Assembly: GCA_050287845.1 (NCBI GenBank)
Contig: JBNKCR010000055.1
Coordinates: 64,001-128,000 of the forward strand
From: Polyangia bacterium
GTDB taxonomy: Bacteria > Myxococcota_A > Polyangia > JAAYKL01
DNA length: 64,000 nucleotides
Direction of reading: 5' to 3'
Below, piece by piece: positions 9,735 to 20,498 of the stretch. Numbering within the stretch: the stretch's first letter is position 1; each line of letters opens with the position of its first letter. A program made the position numbers and the translations under genes. The notes below the pieces were generated by a model, which saw nothing but the letters and a program-made list of their open reading frames with translations, was not told the origin of the DNA and searched no databases.

Positions 9735-12700
9735 GTGATTTTTGGTAGATATCAATTACTTGAACTTCTTGGCACTGGTGGCATGGCCGAGGTTTTCAGA
9801 GCCAAATCCTATGGAGTGGAAGGATTCGAGAAACTCCTGGTCATCAAGAGAATCCTTCCCAGATACTCCGACAATGAAGAGTTTGTGGAAATGTTCGTCA
9901 ACGAAGCCAAAATCGCTGTTTCGTTGAACCATGCCAACATTGTGCAGATTTATGATCTTGGGAAGGCCGGAGATTCCTATTTCATGGCCATGGAATACGT
10001 CCAGGGCATGGACCTGGGGCAAATAATCCGATGGAGCACAGCGGTTGGCAAACCCTTCCCCCTGGAAACCGCCATTCATATTATCTGCGAAGTGGCCAAG
10101 GGGCTGGATTACGCTCATCGGAAAAAAGACCAGGATTTCAATCCTCTGAATATTATCCACCGCGATATCAGCCCCCAGAATATTCTCATTTCCAATGAGG
10201 GCGAAGTGAAAATCACGGATTTCGGGATTGCAAAAGCCCTCAACATCGTGGACGTCGGTGAAGATGGCCCTATTAAGGGTAAGTTTGCCTATATGGCGCC
10301 CGAGCAGGCCATCGCAGCACCGCACGACCGACGAGTTGATATTTTTTCAACCGGCGTTGTCTTCTACGAGCTGTTGACGGGCATCAATCCGCTCAGAGAT
10401 CGCACACCGGCAGAGATTCTCAAAATCATCCAGAACGGTGAGTTTCCCAACTGTCAGGTGCCGTGTTGTGGTAACCTGGATAGCATCCCTGTAGATCTGG
10501 AACCCATTCTACGCCGGGCATTGGCCCCAAACCCCGATGACCGATACATTTCGGCGGCAGAACTATACGAAGCGTTATTGACATTCGGATATGTCGAAGG
10601 GCTTCGCGCCGGGGCATCCTCCCTTGCGGAGTTTATCGATCCTCTGGTGGAAGAACAGGGGCTGAATACCAATATCACACAATTGCCATCCATCGCCCCC
10701 AGGGGCGCGTCCAGCAGTCCACTGCGAAACACTGATACAAATATCACATCGGTGCGGGACCCCTCCGATACCGATCTCGCCCAGTTCGAGGACAAAAACA
10801 CCATTCAGTTAACCGCTGCGGTCCGGGAAGTAGCTCTCCTCGCGTATTCCTGGGAGTCGAAGGGATTCGATTCGCGGAAATTGCAGAAAATCGTCGAATC
10901 ATACGGTGCAGTGATCCTTGAAAAAGACGAAACTCGGCTGACGTTTGGCTTTGGTATATCGGTAGCATCGGATGCGCTGCATACCGCCGCCAGATCGGCA
11001 TGTGAAGTGTCGAAGGCCATTCGCAGCGACCATGCGTTCAGAGCCGCCGGCACCTTTGGCATCGGCATGCATCTCGCATCGCTGGCCGTGGAATTCAATG
11101 GCACGGTCAGACTGAATCCCGAGTATCAGTTGGCGGTGGAACGATGCAATGCGCTAACGGAAATTCGGGCCAACGCCATTCTGTTTTATTCGTTGTTACT
11201 GCCGCTGCTCAACAGATGGTTCAAAAGCAACGCCTTTCCCCATAAAGTTCACACCAGCCTCTTTCAGCTTCTGGCACCGGAGGACAACACACCTCCATTG
11301 ACCAAACTGATTGGAAGACGCCAGGATTTAATGCTGATAGGAGAACTCCTTGCCGGTGTGAGCGAAGGCAGGGGCCGTGTGCTGGGCCTTCTGGGTGCTG
11401 CAGGAGTTGGAAAGACGCGCCTGCTTCATGAGGTAAAACGGCGTCTGACAAGCGCCGGTCATAATTTTGACTGGTATGAAACCACCTGCTCGCCATGGAA
11501 AAAGAAAAAAAACCATTCCACACTGCAAATGCTGCTTCGAAACATGATTGGCGCAGCCGACGGCGATAGCGTTGAGGTGGTTCAACAGAAGCTCATTTGC
11601 TTCAATCAATTCGGTCTCCCTCCCCATGAAGTGTCTGCTCTGGGCAAATTTGTCCTGACCGGTCAGGGAGAAAACGCGCACGTCCTCAAGTCGGCGTTTA
11701 TCCGAATCATCCGACAAAGCGCAAAAAAATCACTCATTATCGTGGCCATTGACCATCTGACGGCGGTGGACGACGAATCACTGGATATTATCCATGCGCT
11801 GTCCCACAACATTTCTGACGTACCTGTATTGCTGACAGTGGCTATCCGGTTGGGATACACCCATGGGTTTGAGGGCAGCCCCATCTATACACAGTGCGAT
11901 GTGGAGCCGCTTACTGACAGCGAAATGGAACAGTTGGTCCAGGCCATTGTGCCGGGGCCATCGGAACGCCTGATTCGGGATATCCTGAATGTGAGTGCCA
12001 ACCTTCCCCTGTTTGCAGAAGAAACCATTCACGAGGCGCGTGCACTGGGGTCATTGAAGGTCAACGATGCCGACAGTATCTATATTCCCAGAGAGTTCCA
12101 CTGCCCCATGCGCATTCGCAACCTGATTGCATCTGAACTCCTCGCTCTCCCCAGGGATCGCCGAATCATTCTGCAGTTGGCCGGATGCCTCAGAGAAAAA
12201 ATCGAAACAGATGTTCTTTCCCTGTTGCTGAACAGGCCTGCGGTGGAGCTGACCCCCATTCTTCAGATGCTGGCCAGAATCCGAATTCTCACCGCGGTGG
12301 ATGAATCCACCTATCGATTTCCGTCGCGGTTCATTCAGGAGGCTGTTTACCGCAGTATCGAAAAACCGGAGCGTTTGCTCATTCACCGCACTGTCGCCCA
12401 GCGTATTGAGCAGGAGTTTCCCAAAGACCTCGAAAAATACGCCGAGCCACTGGCAGTGCACTATCTGAAAAGTGGTGCCCGCAAGGCCGCATTCGACTAC
12501 CTGATTGTGGCAGCGCGCAATGCGGCAGTCACTCTGGATCACGAAACCTCAGTGAAGTATTATCTGCTCGCCCTTGAACTGGCCATGAAGGGTATTGGCA
12601 ACGTATCGAGATACGACATTTTCGAACAACTGGCCTCCATCGCCCCGCAAACCAGCCTCGCCAACGCGGTATTGAAAAAAGCAATTCTTCTGAAATCCGA

Positions 12701-13598
12701 GATCGCAGCGGAAAACGATAATATAGATGATTTAGATGATATAGATGAAATTGACAATTCCTACGCATTGATGCTGGATGCCCAGGAGGCCATCCTGTGG
12801 GCGCATGTGGGCGAATACGAGGAAGCGGTGGCTCAGCTGCGCGACGTCATATCCCGCCAGGACGAAGCGGAAGCACAGCTTTCCGGACGATATCTGGCGG
12901 TCATTCTGTCCGAAATCGGCATCATTGGAGAGGCAACCAGCATTCTGGCAGAAATTGTCCAGGGGGCTTCATCCACCATGGATCCCTATGCCAACGCATA
13001 CCTGACCATCTGCCTTGCCCTGCGCGGGAATACGGAGGCGGCACTCGCCCGGATTGAAGCCCATAGTCCGTCCACCAGTGTGGCACCGATTGCACTTCTG
13101 TATCTGATTGCCGAGGGTCACTGCCTGTTTATGGGGCAGAAATACGAACTCGCACTGGAAGCATATACCACCGCCGCTCATTTCGCAGATGAACAGGCCA
13201 TGAAAAGGGAGACAGCGTTACTCCACTATCTGATGGCCACGTGCAATCTGGAACTCCTGGACTACAAAACAGCTTTCGACCATCTGCGGGAAGCCATTGG
13301 TATTTCTACTGAACTGCAATTTCAATGCCTCAAGGATCGCACTCAAATCGGGCTATGGTTCATTGATGCCGAAAAATTCGGCAGTGATGATGCGCTGAAT
13401 CAATTGTTGACCATGGAAATCAATCCGGCGGATGTGGAAACCCGGATTCTGAACAATTACTGTCTGGCACGCATATTCATCGGTCGGCGCAAGTTTTCAG
13501 AAGCGCAGGAAGTGCTTCAACGGGCACAGACCCTGATGAGCACGCATAAAAACCGATTCTACTACTCCCGCATCAAAGCAATCCAAAGCAGTCATTGA
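9735..13598 (+). CDS. Hanks-type Ser/Thr kinase with degenerate cyclase-like region, AAA/STAND ATPase and TPR-like domains
   Basis: LGTGGMAEVF, HRDISPQN, DFG and YMAPEQ; P-loop GAAGVGKT; helical TPR-like C-terminus. Confidence 0.92.
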   Translation: MIFGRYQLLELLGTGGMAEVFRAKSYGVEGFEKLLVIKRILPRYSDNEEFVEMFVNEAKIAVSLNHANIVQIYDLGKAGDSYFMAMEYVQGMDLGQIIRWSTAVGKPFPLETAIHIICEVAKGLDYAHRKKDQDFNPLNIIHRDISPQNILISNEGEVKITDFGIAKALNIVDVGEDGPIKGKFAYMAPEQAIAAPHDRRVDIFSTGVVFYELLTGINPLRDRTPAEILKIIQNGEFPNCQVPCCGNLDSIPVDLEPILRRALAPNPDDRYISAAELYEALLTFGYVEGLRAGASSLAEFIDPLVEEQGLNTNITQLPSIAPRGASSSPLRNTDTNITSVRDPSDTDLAQFEDKNTIQLTAAVREVALLAYSWESKGFDSRKLQKIVESYGAVILEKDETRLTFGFGISVASDALHTAARSACEVSKAIRSDHAFRAAGTFGIGMHLASLAVEFNGTVRLNPEYQLAVERCNALTEIRANAILFYSLLLPLLNRWFKSNAFPHKVHTSLFQLLAPEDNTPPLTKLIGRRQDLMLIGELLAGVSEGRGRVLGLLGAAGVGKTRLLHEVKRRLTSAGHNFDWYETTCSPWKKKKNHSTLQMLLRNMIGAADGDSVEVVQQKLICFNQFGLPPHEVSALGKFVLTGQGENAHVLKSAFIRIIRQSAKKSLIIVAIDHLTAVDDESLDIIHALSHNISDVPVLLTVAIRLGYTHGFEGSPIYTQCDVEPLTDSEMEQLVQAIVPGPSERLIRDILNVSANLPLFAEETIHEARALGSLKVNDADSIYIPREFHCPMRIRNLIASELLALPRDRRIILQLAGCLREKIETDVLSLLLNRPAVELTPILQMLARIRILTAVDESTYRFPSRFIQEAVYRSIEKPERLLIHRTVAQRIEQEFPKDLEKYAEPLAVHYLKSGARKAAFDYLIVAARNAAVTLDHETSVKYYLLALELAMKGIGNVSRYDIFEQLASIAPQTSLANAVLKKAILLKSEIAAENDNIDDLDDIDEIDNSYALMLDAQEAILWAHVGEYEEAVAQLRDVISRQDEAEAQLSGRYLAVILSEIGIIGEATSILAEIVQGASSTMDPYANAYLTICLALRGNTEAALARIEAHSPSTSVAPIALLYLIAEGHCLFMGQKYELALEAYTTAAHFADEQAMKRETALLHYLMATCNLELLDYKTAFDHLREAIGISTELQFQCLKDRTQIGLWFIDAEKFGSDDALNQLLTMEINPADVETRILNNYCLARIFIGRRKFSEAQEVLQRAQTLMSTHKNRFYYSRIKAIQSSH

Positions 13599-13779
13599 AC
13601 ACATTTTCTGTGTATCTGTCCTTAATTCAGGGACACGCGACAACTAAAGTCCATAACAATGTTGATTATACTTGAAAATCAATGTCAAAAAAATTAGAGC
13701 TGTTTGGGCCAAAATCGAAAAACCTCCCGTAATTTAGAAGATTTTTTGATTTTCGAACTCATTTTCAGAGGATCTCGCG

Positions 13780-14361
13780 ATGAATATTTTAGTAATTGTT
13801 TTGCTGGCAATGCTCACTGAAAACTATGTGCTCTCCAAGTTTCTGGGGATCTGCCCCTTTCTCGGTGTTTCCAAAAAAATAGGCACAGCTGCCGGCATGG
13901 CAATGGCAGTGCTGTTCGTGATGCTGGTGGCATCTCTGCTCACGTACACGTTGAGCACATGGGTACTGATTCCCCTGGAAGTCACGTATCTGCAGACCAT
14001 TGTCTTCATTCTGGTAATTGCATCAACAGTGCAACTCACCGAAATGGCCATCCAGAAACTGTCCCCGTCACTCTATGAAGCCCTGGGAATATTCCTGCCG
14101 CTCATCACCACAAACTGTGCGGTACTGGGTCTGGCTGTTCTCAATATCGACAAAGGATACAACCTGGTAGAGGTGCTTTTCAATGCCATCGGGGCGGCCG
14201 CGGGATTCGCCATCGCCCTGCTTCTATTTGCGGGCTTGCGTGAGAAAATGGATACTGCCAATATTCCTGCGGCATTCAGGGGTGCGGCGATTGCATTTAT
14301 CACCGCAGGGATTCTCTCGTTGGCATTCATGGGCTTTTCCGGGCTGGCGCCGGCCAATTGA
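13780..14361 (+). CDS. rnfA: Rnf complex subunit A
   Basis: [19 protein letters not shown] and [16 protein letters not shown]. Confidence 0.95.
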   Translation: MNILVIVLLAMLTENYVLSKFLGICPFLGVSKKIGTAAGMAMAVLFVMLVASLLTYTLSTWVLIPLEVTYLQTIVFILVIASTVQLTEMAIQKLSPSLYEALGIFLPLITTNCAVLGLAVLNIDKGYNLVEVLFNAIGAAAGFAIALLLFAGLREKMDTANIPAAFRGAAIAFITAGILSLAFMGFSGLAPAN

Positions 14362-14372
14362 GGGAGGTATTG

Positions 14373-15347
14373 ATGGTAACAGCACTTTTAGTATTATGTG
14401 GCGTGGGACTTGTTATGGCTGGATTGCTGGCGGCGGGGCGTAAAGCATTTGCTGTGGAGGTCGACAAAAAATTTGAGATGCTGATGGACATCATGCCCGG
14501 CGCCAACTGCGGCGGTTGTGGATTTCCGGGATGCAGCGGGTACGCCAATGCGTTAGCTGAAGGTAAGGCGGTAGCAACAGCCTGTCCACCGGGCGGTGCC
14601 TCTTTTGCCGAGGAAATTGGTAGAATTCTTGGCATTGAGGTCCAGGCCACCGAACCCATGGTTGCGCTGGTTGCCTGTGCCGGCGGCGATGAAGCGTCCC
14701 CCAGACGCAGTCAATACGCCGGCATTGCCGACTGCAAAGCAGCCCATGCCGTGGCCGGTGGGTTCAAAGCCTGCACCTATGGTTGCCTGGGGTTGGGTTC
14801 ATGCATAAATGCCTGCTCGTTTGATGCAATCGTTAAAACAGATAACGGACTTGTTCGCGTGCTGCCTGACAAGTGCACCGGATGTAAGAAGTGCGTCGAA
14901 ACATGCCCGCGCGGCATTATTCAGATGGTTCCCAAAAAGGCGGAGGTTCACGTGCTCTGCACCAATCCACAGAAAGCCAAAGCCGTAAAAGCGGTCTGTG
15001 CGGTTGGCTGTACCGGATGTAAAATCTGCGTGAAGCAATCCCAGGCCATCAAGGTGGAAGACGCGCTGGCCGTTGTGGATTACAGCAGCGACAATGCATT
15101 GCCACCGTCCGCGGCAGTGGCCTGTCCTCAGGCGGCGATCTTCGATGCAAGAGAATATTCTCTTGCAAACTGGCTGGAAGACAAAAATACGCGGGTACAA
15201 TTCGAAGAACGCGCATCCGCATGGAAAGCGGAAGAAAAGAAAAAAAAGGCGGAAGCCAAAGCGAAACTCAAAGCCAAAGCGGAAGCGAATGCCGCCGCCC
15301 AGACGGATGGGACCAATTCTGATGCGAAAAAGGGAGCCGAGTCATGA
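14373..15347 (+). CDS. rnfB: Rnf complex subunit B (polyferredoxin)
   Basis: PGANCGGCGFPGC, CTYGCLGLGSC and CTGCKKCVETCP; Lys/Ala-rich tail. Confidence 0.93.
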   Translation: MVTALLVLCGVGLVMAGLLAAGRKAFAVEVDKKFEMLMDIMPGANCGGCGFPGCSGYANALAEGKAVATACPPGGASFAEEIGRILGIEVQATEPMVALVACAGGDEASPRRSQYAGIADCKAAHAVAGGFKACTYGCLGLGSCINACSFDAIVKTDNGLVRVLPDKCTGCKKCVETCPRGIIQMVPKKAEVHVLCTNPQKAKAVKAVCAVGCTGCKICVKQSQAIKVEDALAVVDYSSDNALPPSAAVACPQAAIFDAREYSLANWLEDKNTRVQFEERASAWKAEEKKKKAEAKAKLKAKAEANAAAQTDGTNSDAKKGAES

Positions 15348-16663
15348 CGGTACAGACATTCAAAGGTGGCATCCATCCCAGATACAATAAGGACAAAACC
15401 GCAGGGGTGGCAATTGAAGTGCTGGCGGCGCCAAAAGAGATTATTATCCCGCTCTCCCAGCACATCGGTGCACCGGCACGGGCCTGCGTTGAAAAAGGCG
15501 AAGTGGTCAAAAAGGGACAGGTCATCGGTCAGGCGGGCGGATTTGTTTCTGCTCCGGTTCACGCAAGTGTTTCCGGAGAAATAAAAGCGGTGGAACCTCG
15601 CCCTGGGGCCATGGGCATAGATGTAATGAGCGTGGTCATCGAAAACAACGAACAATACGAAGTTCTGGAAACCAAGGGCGTGAGCGAATGGCAGAAGGCC
15701 GATCCGGAAACCTTGAAGAATATCGTTGCCGAAGCCGGGATTGTGGGCATGGGCGGTGCCACATTCCCCACTCATGTCAAGCTTTCACCTCCTCAAGACA
15801 AGCCCATTCAACACGTCATATTAAACGGCGCCGAGTGTGAACCGTACCTGACTGCCGACCACCGGATAATGGTGGAGCACGCAAGTGATGTGGTGAATGG
15901 TTTGCAGATTGTTCTGAAAATCCTGAATGCACGAAATGGAATCATCGGGATTGAGGACAATAAACCCGATGCCATTGCCGCCATGAAAGCCGCTTGTAAC
16001 GGTACAGACATTGAAGTTGTCCCCCTGAAAATCAAGTATCCCCAGGGGGGCGAAAAGCAGCTGATTGATGCCATCCTGAAAAAAGAAGTTCCGTCCGGAG
16101 GACTGCCCATGGATGTGGGCGTGGTGGTGCAGAACGTGGGTACCGCCAGAGCCGTGTTCAACGCGGTGGCCAAAGGAATTCCGCTCCATGAACGGGTGGT
16201 GACGGTAACTGGCAGTGCTGTTCCCAGACCGGGCAATTTCCTCGTTGCGATTGGCACGCCGGTTTCCGTGGTGCTCGATCACTGCGGCGTGGATTTATCA
16301 GCTGCCGGTAAACTGATATTGGGCGGACCCATGATGGGATTTGCGCAGTATTCGGTAGAACCTCCCGTCACGAAGGGTACCAGTGGGATTCTGGTTTTTA
16401 ATCAGACAGACGTGGATGTTGTCCCACCACAGCCATGCATCCGCTGTGGTCGATGTCTCGACGCCTGCCCCATGAGGCTGGTGCCGGCGGACATCGCTGC
16501 GTTCAGCGAAAACAGAATGTACGATAAAGCCGAAGACAATGACGCCATGGACTGCATGGAATGCGGTTCCTGTGCGCACGAATGTCCGTCGCGGATTCCG
16601 CTGGTTCAAAAAATCAGACTGGCAAAGGCAGAAATCATGGCCGCCAGAAGAAAGAAAGGATAA
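15344..16663 (+). CDS. rnfC: Rnf complex subunit C
   Basis: FKGGIHP, AGIVGMGGATFPTHVK, NGAECEPYLTAD, CIRCGRC and CMECGSC. Confidence 0.96.
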   Translation: MTVQTFKGGIHPRYNKDKTAGVAIEVLAAPKEIIIPLSQHIGAPARACVEKGEVVKKGQVIGQAGGFVSAPVHASVSGEIKAVEPRPGAMGIDVMSVVIENNEQYEVLETKGVSEWQKADPETLKNIVAEAGIVGMGGATFPTHVKLSPPQDKPIQHVILNGAECEPYLTADHRIMVEHASDVVNGLQIVLKILNARNGIIGIEDNKPDAIAAMKAACNGTDIEVVPLKIKYPQGGEKQLIDAILKKEVPSGGLPMDVGVVVQNVGTARAVFNAVAKGIPLHERVVTVTGSAVPRPGNFLVAIGTPVSVVLDHCGVDLSAAGKLILGGPMMGFAQYSVEPPVTKGTSGILVFNQTDVDVVPPQPCIRCGRCLDACPMRLVPADIAAFSENRMYDKAEDNDAMDCMECGSCAHECPSRIPLVQKIRLAKAEIMAARRKKG

Positions 16664-16676
16664 GGAGGCGCATCTC

Positions 16677-17741
16677 ATGAGCAACCAACTAATTGTCTCC
16701 TCATCTCCTCATGCCCACAGTGGCACCACCACGTCGAAAATCATGTGGACAGTGTTCTTCTCACTGGTTCCCGCGGCCGGATACGCCGTCTATCTGTTTG
16801 GATTGCCTGCGGCGACTGTACTGTTATCCACTATTGTTTTCTGCGTCATATTCGAAGGACTGACCAACTTCATCATGAAGAAGCCCCAGTCTCTGGCAGA
16901 TGGTTCCGCAGCCCTCACCGGACTGATTCTGGCGCTCACGTTGCCCCCGGGACTGCCTATCTGGATTTGTGGCATTGGCGCGTTTGTATCCATTGTGGTG
17001 GCGAAATCCGTATTCGGCGGACTCGGACAGAATCCGTTCAATCCGGCCATGACCGGACGCGTGTTTCTGCTGATTGCGTTTCCAGCCCCGCTTACCCGCT
17101 GGCTGGTTCCCAACGGAACGGGCGACACCCTGTTCAATAAATCGGTCAGTGCATTCGATGCCGCCGGAAATCTGGTGGATGCCACCGCCAGCAATGTGGA
17201 TGCCATCACCGCCGCCACTCCCCTCGGGCTGCTCAGCGAAGAAGGCGCCAAAGCCATTGCGGGCCTGGACACTTCTTCCGCTTTTCTAATGGGAAATATC
17301 AATGGTTCACTGGGTGAAACCTCCGCATTCATTCTTCTGGCCGGCGGGATTTTTCTGCTGGCCAGAAAAATCATCAGTTGGCATATTCCGGTTGCATTCA
17401 TGGCAGCGGTGGCGGTCATCGCAGGACTGACCAACGTGGTAAACCCCGACCAGTACGCCAGCATCTTGTTTCACCTGCTGTCAGGTGGTGTGATTATCGG
17501 CGCATGGTTCATGGCCACCGACTACGTCACCAGCCCCATGTTCCCCAAAGGTAAACTCATTTTTGGTGCGGGATGCGGCATCCTGACGATGGTCATCAGA
17601 CTCTGGGCGGGGTACCCGGAAGGCGTGTCATTTGCAGTACTGCTGATGAATGCCTGTGTCCCCATTATTAACATGTACACCCGACCCAAAAAATTCGGAC
17701 TTCAACGACTGGGGACCCCAGGGGAGGCCGCCAATGCCTGA
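16677..17741 (+). CDS. rnfD: Rnf complex subunit D
   Basis: SSSPH, FGGLGQNPFNPA, TAATPL (FMN-Thr site), FMATDYVTSP and GYPEGVSFAVL. Confidence 0.95.
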   Translation: MSNQLIVSSSPHAHSGTTTSKIMWTVFFSLVPAAGYAVYLFGLPAATVLLSTIVFCVIFEGLTNFIMKKPQSLADGSAALTGLILALTLPPGLPIWICGIGAFVSIVVAKSVFGGLGQNPFNPAMTGRVFLLIAFPAPLTRWLVPNGTGDTLFNKSVSAFDAAGNLVDATASNVDAITAATPLGLLSEEGAKAIAGLDTSSAFLMGNINGSLGETSAFILLAGGIFLLARKIISWHIPVAFMAAVAVIAGLTNVVNPDQYASILFHLLSGGVIIGAWFMATDYVTSPMFPKGKLIFGAGCGILTMVIRLWAGYPEGVSFAVLLMNACVPIINMYTRPKKFGLQRLGTPGEAANA

Positions 17742-18372
17742 GTCACTGAAAATGATCCTGGTTCTCACATTGATTTCCGGCGCCGCTGGCCTCGGGTTGT
17801 CGGCAATGAATGACTATACCAAACCCCTTATTGCCGAAAACCAGCGCGACTTTACGCTGGCATCCATCAACCGGGTGATACCCGAATCCGCCAAACCCGA
17901 TCCGTGTGAAACATACGAGCCTGCGTTCGATAACGCACCCGATAAAGATGTGGTATGCATCAACGACATGACTGTGTATCGCGGGCGCAAAGGCAATGAG
18001 GTTGTGGGAATCGCCGTGGTGGCCATTGGCGAAGAAGCGTATTCCGGCACCATCACTGTCCTGGTGGGATTGCGAATGGGCGACGGACAGCTATCGGGAA
18101 TTCAGGTACTGCAGCATGCGGAAACCCCGGGACTCGGGTCGGTCATGACAAAATGCGAATTCCAGCAGCAGATGGTGGGAAACACACCGGATGCCATCAA
18201 GTGGACCGTCGTAAAAGATGGCGGTGATGTCAATCAAATCAGTGGCGCCACCATTTCGTCGCGAAGTCTGCTCAATGCCATCCACAAAGCCCAGGACATC
18301 TGGAAAAACAACCGGGAGGATATCCTGAATCAGGAACCGCTCGCTGAGGGAGAAGTCTGCAATGGCAAGTAA
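17734..18372 (+). CDS. rnfG: Rnf complex subunit G
   Basis: N-terminal TM helix, HAETPGLGS and ISGATISS (FMN-Thr). Confidence 0.92.
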   Translation: MPESLKMILVLTLISGAAGLGLSAMNDYTKPLIAENQRDFTLASINRVIPESAKPDPCETYEPAFDNAPDKDVVCINDMTVYRGRKGNEVVGIAVVAIGEEAYSGTITVLVGLRMGDGQLSGIQVLQHAETPGLGSVMTKCEFQQQMVGNTPDAIKWTVVKDGGDVNQISGATISSRSLLNAIHKAQDIWKNNREDILNQEPLAEGEVCNGK

Positions 18373-18997
18373 AGTGTCAACCGCGCAGGAAGTAATCAAA
18401 GGCATGTGGCGAGACAACCCGGTACTGTCTCTGCTTCTTGGATTGTGCCCCACCCTTGCGGTCACCAACTCCGCATACAATGGCATTGGCATGGGAGTCG
18501 CCACCGGATTTGTTCTCATCTGCTCAAACATTCTTGTTTCCATGTTGAAATCAATTATTCCCAGGAGTGTGCGTATTCCGGTGTACATTGTGGTTATCGC
18601 AACGTTCGTGACGGTTGTGGACATGTCGCTGAAAGCCTTCATGTTCGAGCTATCTCAGAGCCTCGGCCTCTTTGTGCCGCTGATCGTGGTGAACTGCGTC
18701 ATCCTGGGACGGGCGGAAGCGTTTGCATCGAAAAACTCGGTTTTCCGTTCATTTCTCGATGCGGTTGGCATGGCCCTCGGGTTCACCCTGGCCCTGTTTG
18801 TTCTTGGTGCCATCCGGGAAATTATCGGTTCCGGCACACTCACACTGTTTCAGATGGGTGACACCGAAATCAAATTCTTTATACTCGGCAGAAGTTATCC
18901 CGGCATCCTCGTCATGATTCTGCCACCGGGCGCATTTCTCACTCTTGGATTCATGATGGCCGCCAAGAACGTAATTCAGAAGCGACTGAACAGCTGA
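18362..18997 (+). CDS. rnfE: Rnf complex subunit E
   Basis: LGLCPTLAVT, PLIVVNCVILGRAEAFA and ILPPGAF. Confidence 0.95.
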   Translation: MASKVSTAQEVIKGMWRDNPVLSLLLGLCPTLAVTNSAYNGIGMGVATGFVLICSNILVSMLKSIIPRSVRIPVYIVVIATFVTVVDMSLKAFMFELSQSLGLFVPLIVVNCVILGRAEAFASKNSVFRSFLDAVGMALGFTLALFVLGAIREIIGSGTLTLFQMGDTEIKFFILGRSYPGILVMILPPGAFLTLGFMMAAKNVIQKRLNS

Positions 18998-19312
18998 ATC
19001 CCTTTCTTCACGCCAGATTTAAAAGAATACAGAAAAAATTTCCAGCAGAGCCCCATTGGCCTGCTCTAACTTTGCAGAATAATTCTGATCAATTCGCGAT
19101 TTTTTTGTGAAGAAGGACCAAATGAGGGCATTCTTTAAATACATTCTTCGTCTGGCGCTAGCCGGTCTGCTGTCGCTGATGGTGTTTTCCTGCAGTAACG
19201 GCGGCAACCAGGTCTGCTGCGACGCTGCCCAATAAAATCGAACCCGCCAGGAACGTACACCTGTATCAGATAGAGTTTGTAAACCATTTCATCAACCTGT
19301 ACACTGTACGCT

Positions 19313-20437
19313 ATGTTTGCAGCGCCCTTCCGCAGAGCATCAAATCTACTCAGACCCGGTCTTACCCTGTTGATTCCTATCCTGATAGTTCTGTTTCCAG
19401 TCGCTGGCACCACATCGGTTCTGGTGATTATTTCCTCTGATGCGGACCAGATACGACACAGCGTTCTGCAGGAATCCATTGATGCACAACTGATGGATTA
19501 TGACGCCAGCTCGGAGTTATATCTCGCGCAGCCTCCCTTCCCCACTGACGAAGGCGCACTGCCAACTGTTCGCCGGCTGGCAGCGCAAACAGGGAGTAAA
19601 GCAGTTCTATGGCTCAGTGAAACCCGATTTTATCTGTATGTGACGGAAGGTGAAGAGAGCCATCTGTTTACGCGGCAGCTTCCGGAAGATACCGGCAGTT
19701 GGGAGGTTCAATGCGATGCCATTGCGTCTACTGTTCAGGCTATGCTGTCCCCCTGGCTCACCTCTTCCTCCCCGGAAGCCCCTCCGGAGTCTGCAGAAAC
19801 CAACGTGCAGCCTCCGGTCAAATCGACAAATCCCACCGACATCACCGGAAGGCCGGACGTTTCCAAACAGAATGATGCGCCACGGACCAGGACGCGTACA
19901 GCAAAACACAAACGACTTCGCATGTCCCGGAGCGAAATATTCACCAACGTGCGACCGGGAATCGGTGCGGCGTTTGACACCTGCCTGATGTCCACCGAAA
20001 ACATGTGGGCCAGTGGAGCGGATGGCACACTGACGCTCCAGCTGGGAAAATACTTTCTGGTCAGCACGGAATCCGGATTCCTTTGGGAAACCACTCAATC
20101 ATTCCGGATGCTGCGCATTCCAGTCAGACTCAGAACCGAGATTCTATGGAAAATCACCTCCTTTTCAATTGGCTTTGGTGTATCTCTCATTTTTGATGTC
20201 GCGCGCGTATCGTCCACGAATCATACGAGAATCAATAATGACAGGAGGGTTTACTTTGGCGCAGGAGGATCCATTTTATTCATGTACGAAGTGAACCCTA
20301 TCTTTTCCATCGTCGCCCGCGGTGGTGTCGATATATATCAGGCGGCCGACAGCTATTGGTTTCAGGATGACCTCATCTTTTATTATGGAGAACTGCAGGG
20401 CAGAACATCTGTCGGAATTATTTTTTGGTTCCGCTAG
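19313..20437 (+). CDS. Hypothetical exported protein with C-terminal beta-barrel-like domain
   Basis: Hydrophobic N-terminus, Pro-rich linker, amphipathic strands with aromatic C-terminus; first gene of the ECF module. Confidence 0.6.
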   Translation: MFAAPFRRASNLLRPGLTLLIPILIVLFPVAGTTSVLVIISSDADQIRHSVLQESIDAQLMDYDASSELYLAQPPFPTDEGALPTVRRLAAQTGSKAVLWLSETRFYLYVTEGEESHLFTRQLPEDTGSWEVQCDAIASTVQAMLSPWLTSSSPEAPPESAETNVQPPVKSTNPTDITGRPDVSKQNDAPRTRTRTAKHKRLRMSRSEIFTNVRPGIGAAFDTCLMSTENMWASGADGTLTLQLGKYFLVSTESGFLWETTQSFRMLRIPVRLRTEILWKITSFSIGFGVSLIFDVARVSSTNHTRINNDRRVYFGAGGSILFMYEVNPIFSIVARGGVDIYQAADSYWFQDDLIFYYGELQGRTSVGIIFWFR

Positions 20438-20498
20438 TTATTTTTTCCCTTTTTACGCCTCAAATTCACTATAGGATGTGAAGGTGTAGGAATTTTTT

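Noticed and set aside
12715..12756. 9-bp quasi-repeat encoding NIDDLDDIDEID in the kinase
   Set aside because: It is a short slippage-type acidic insertion with no evidence of function.
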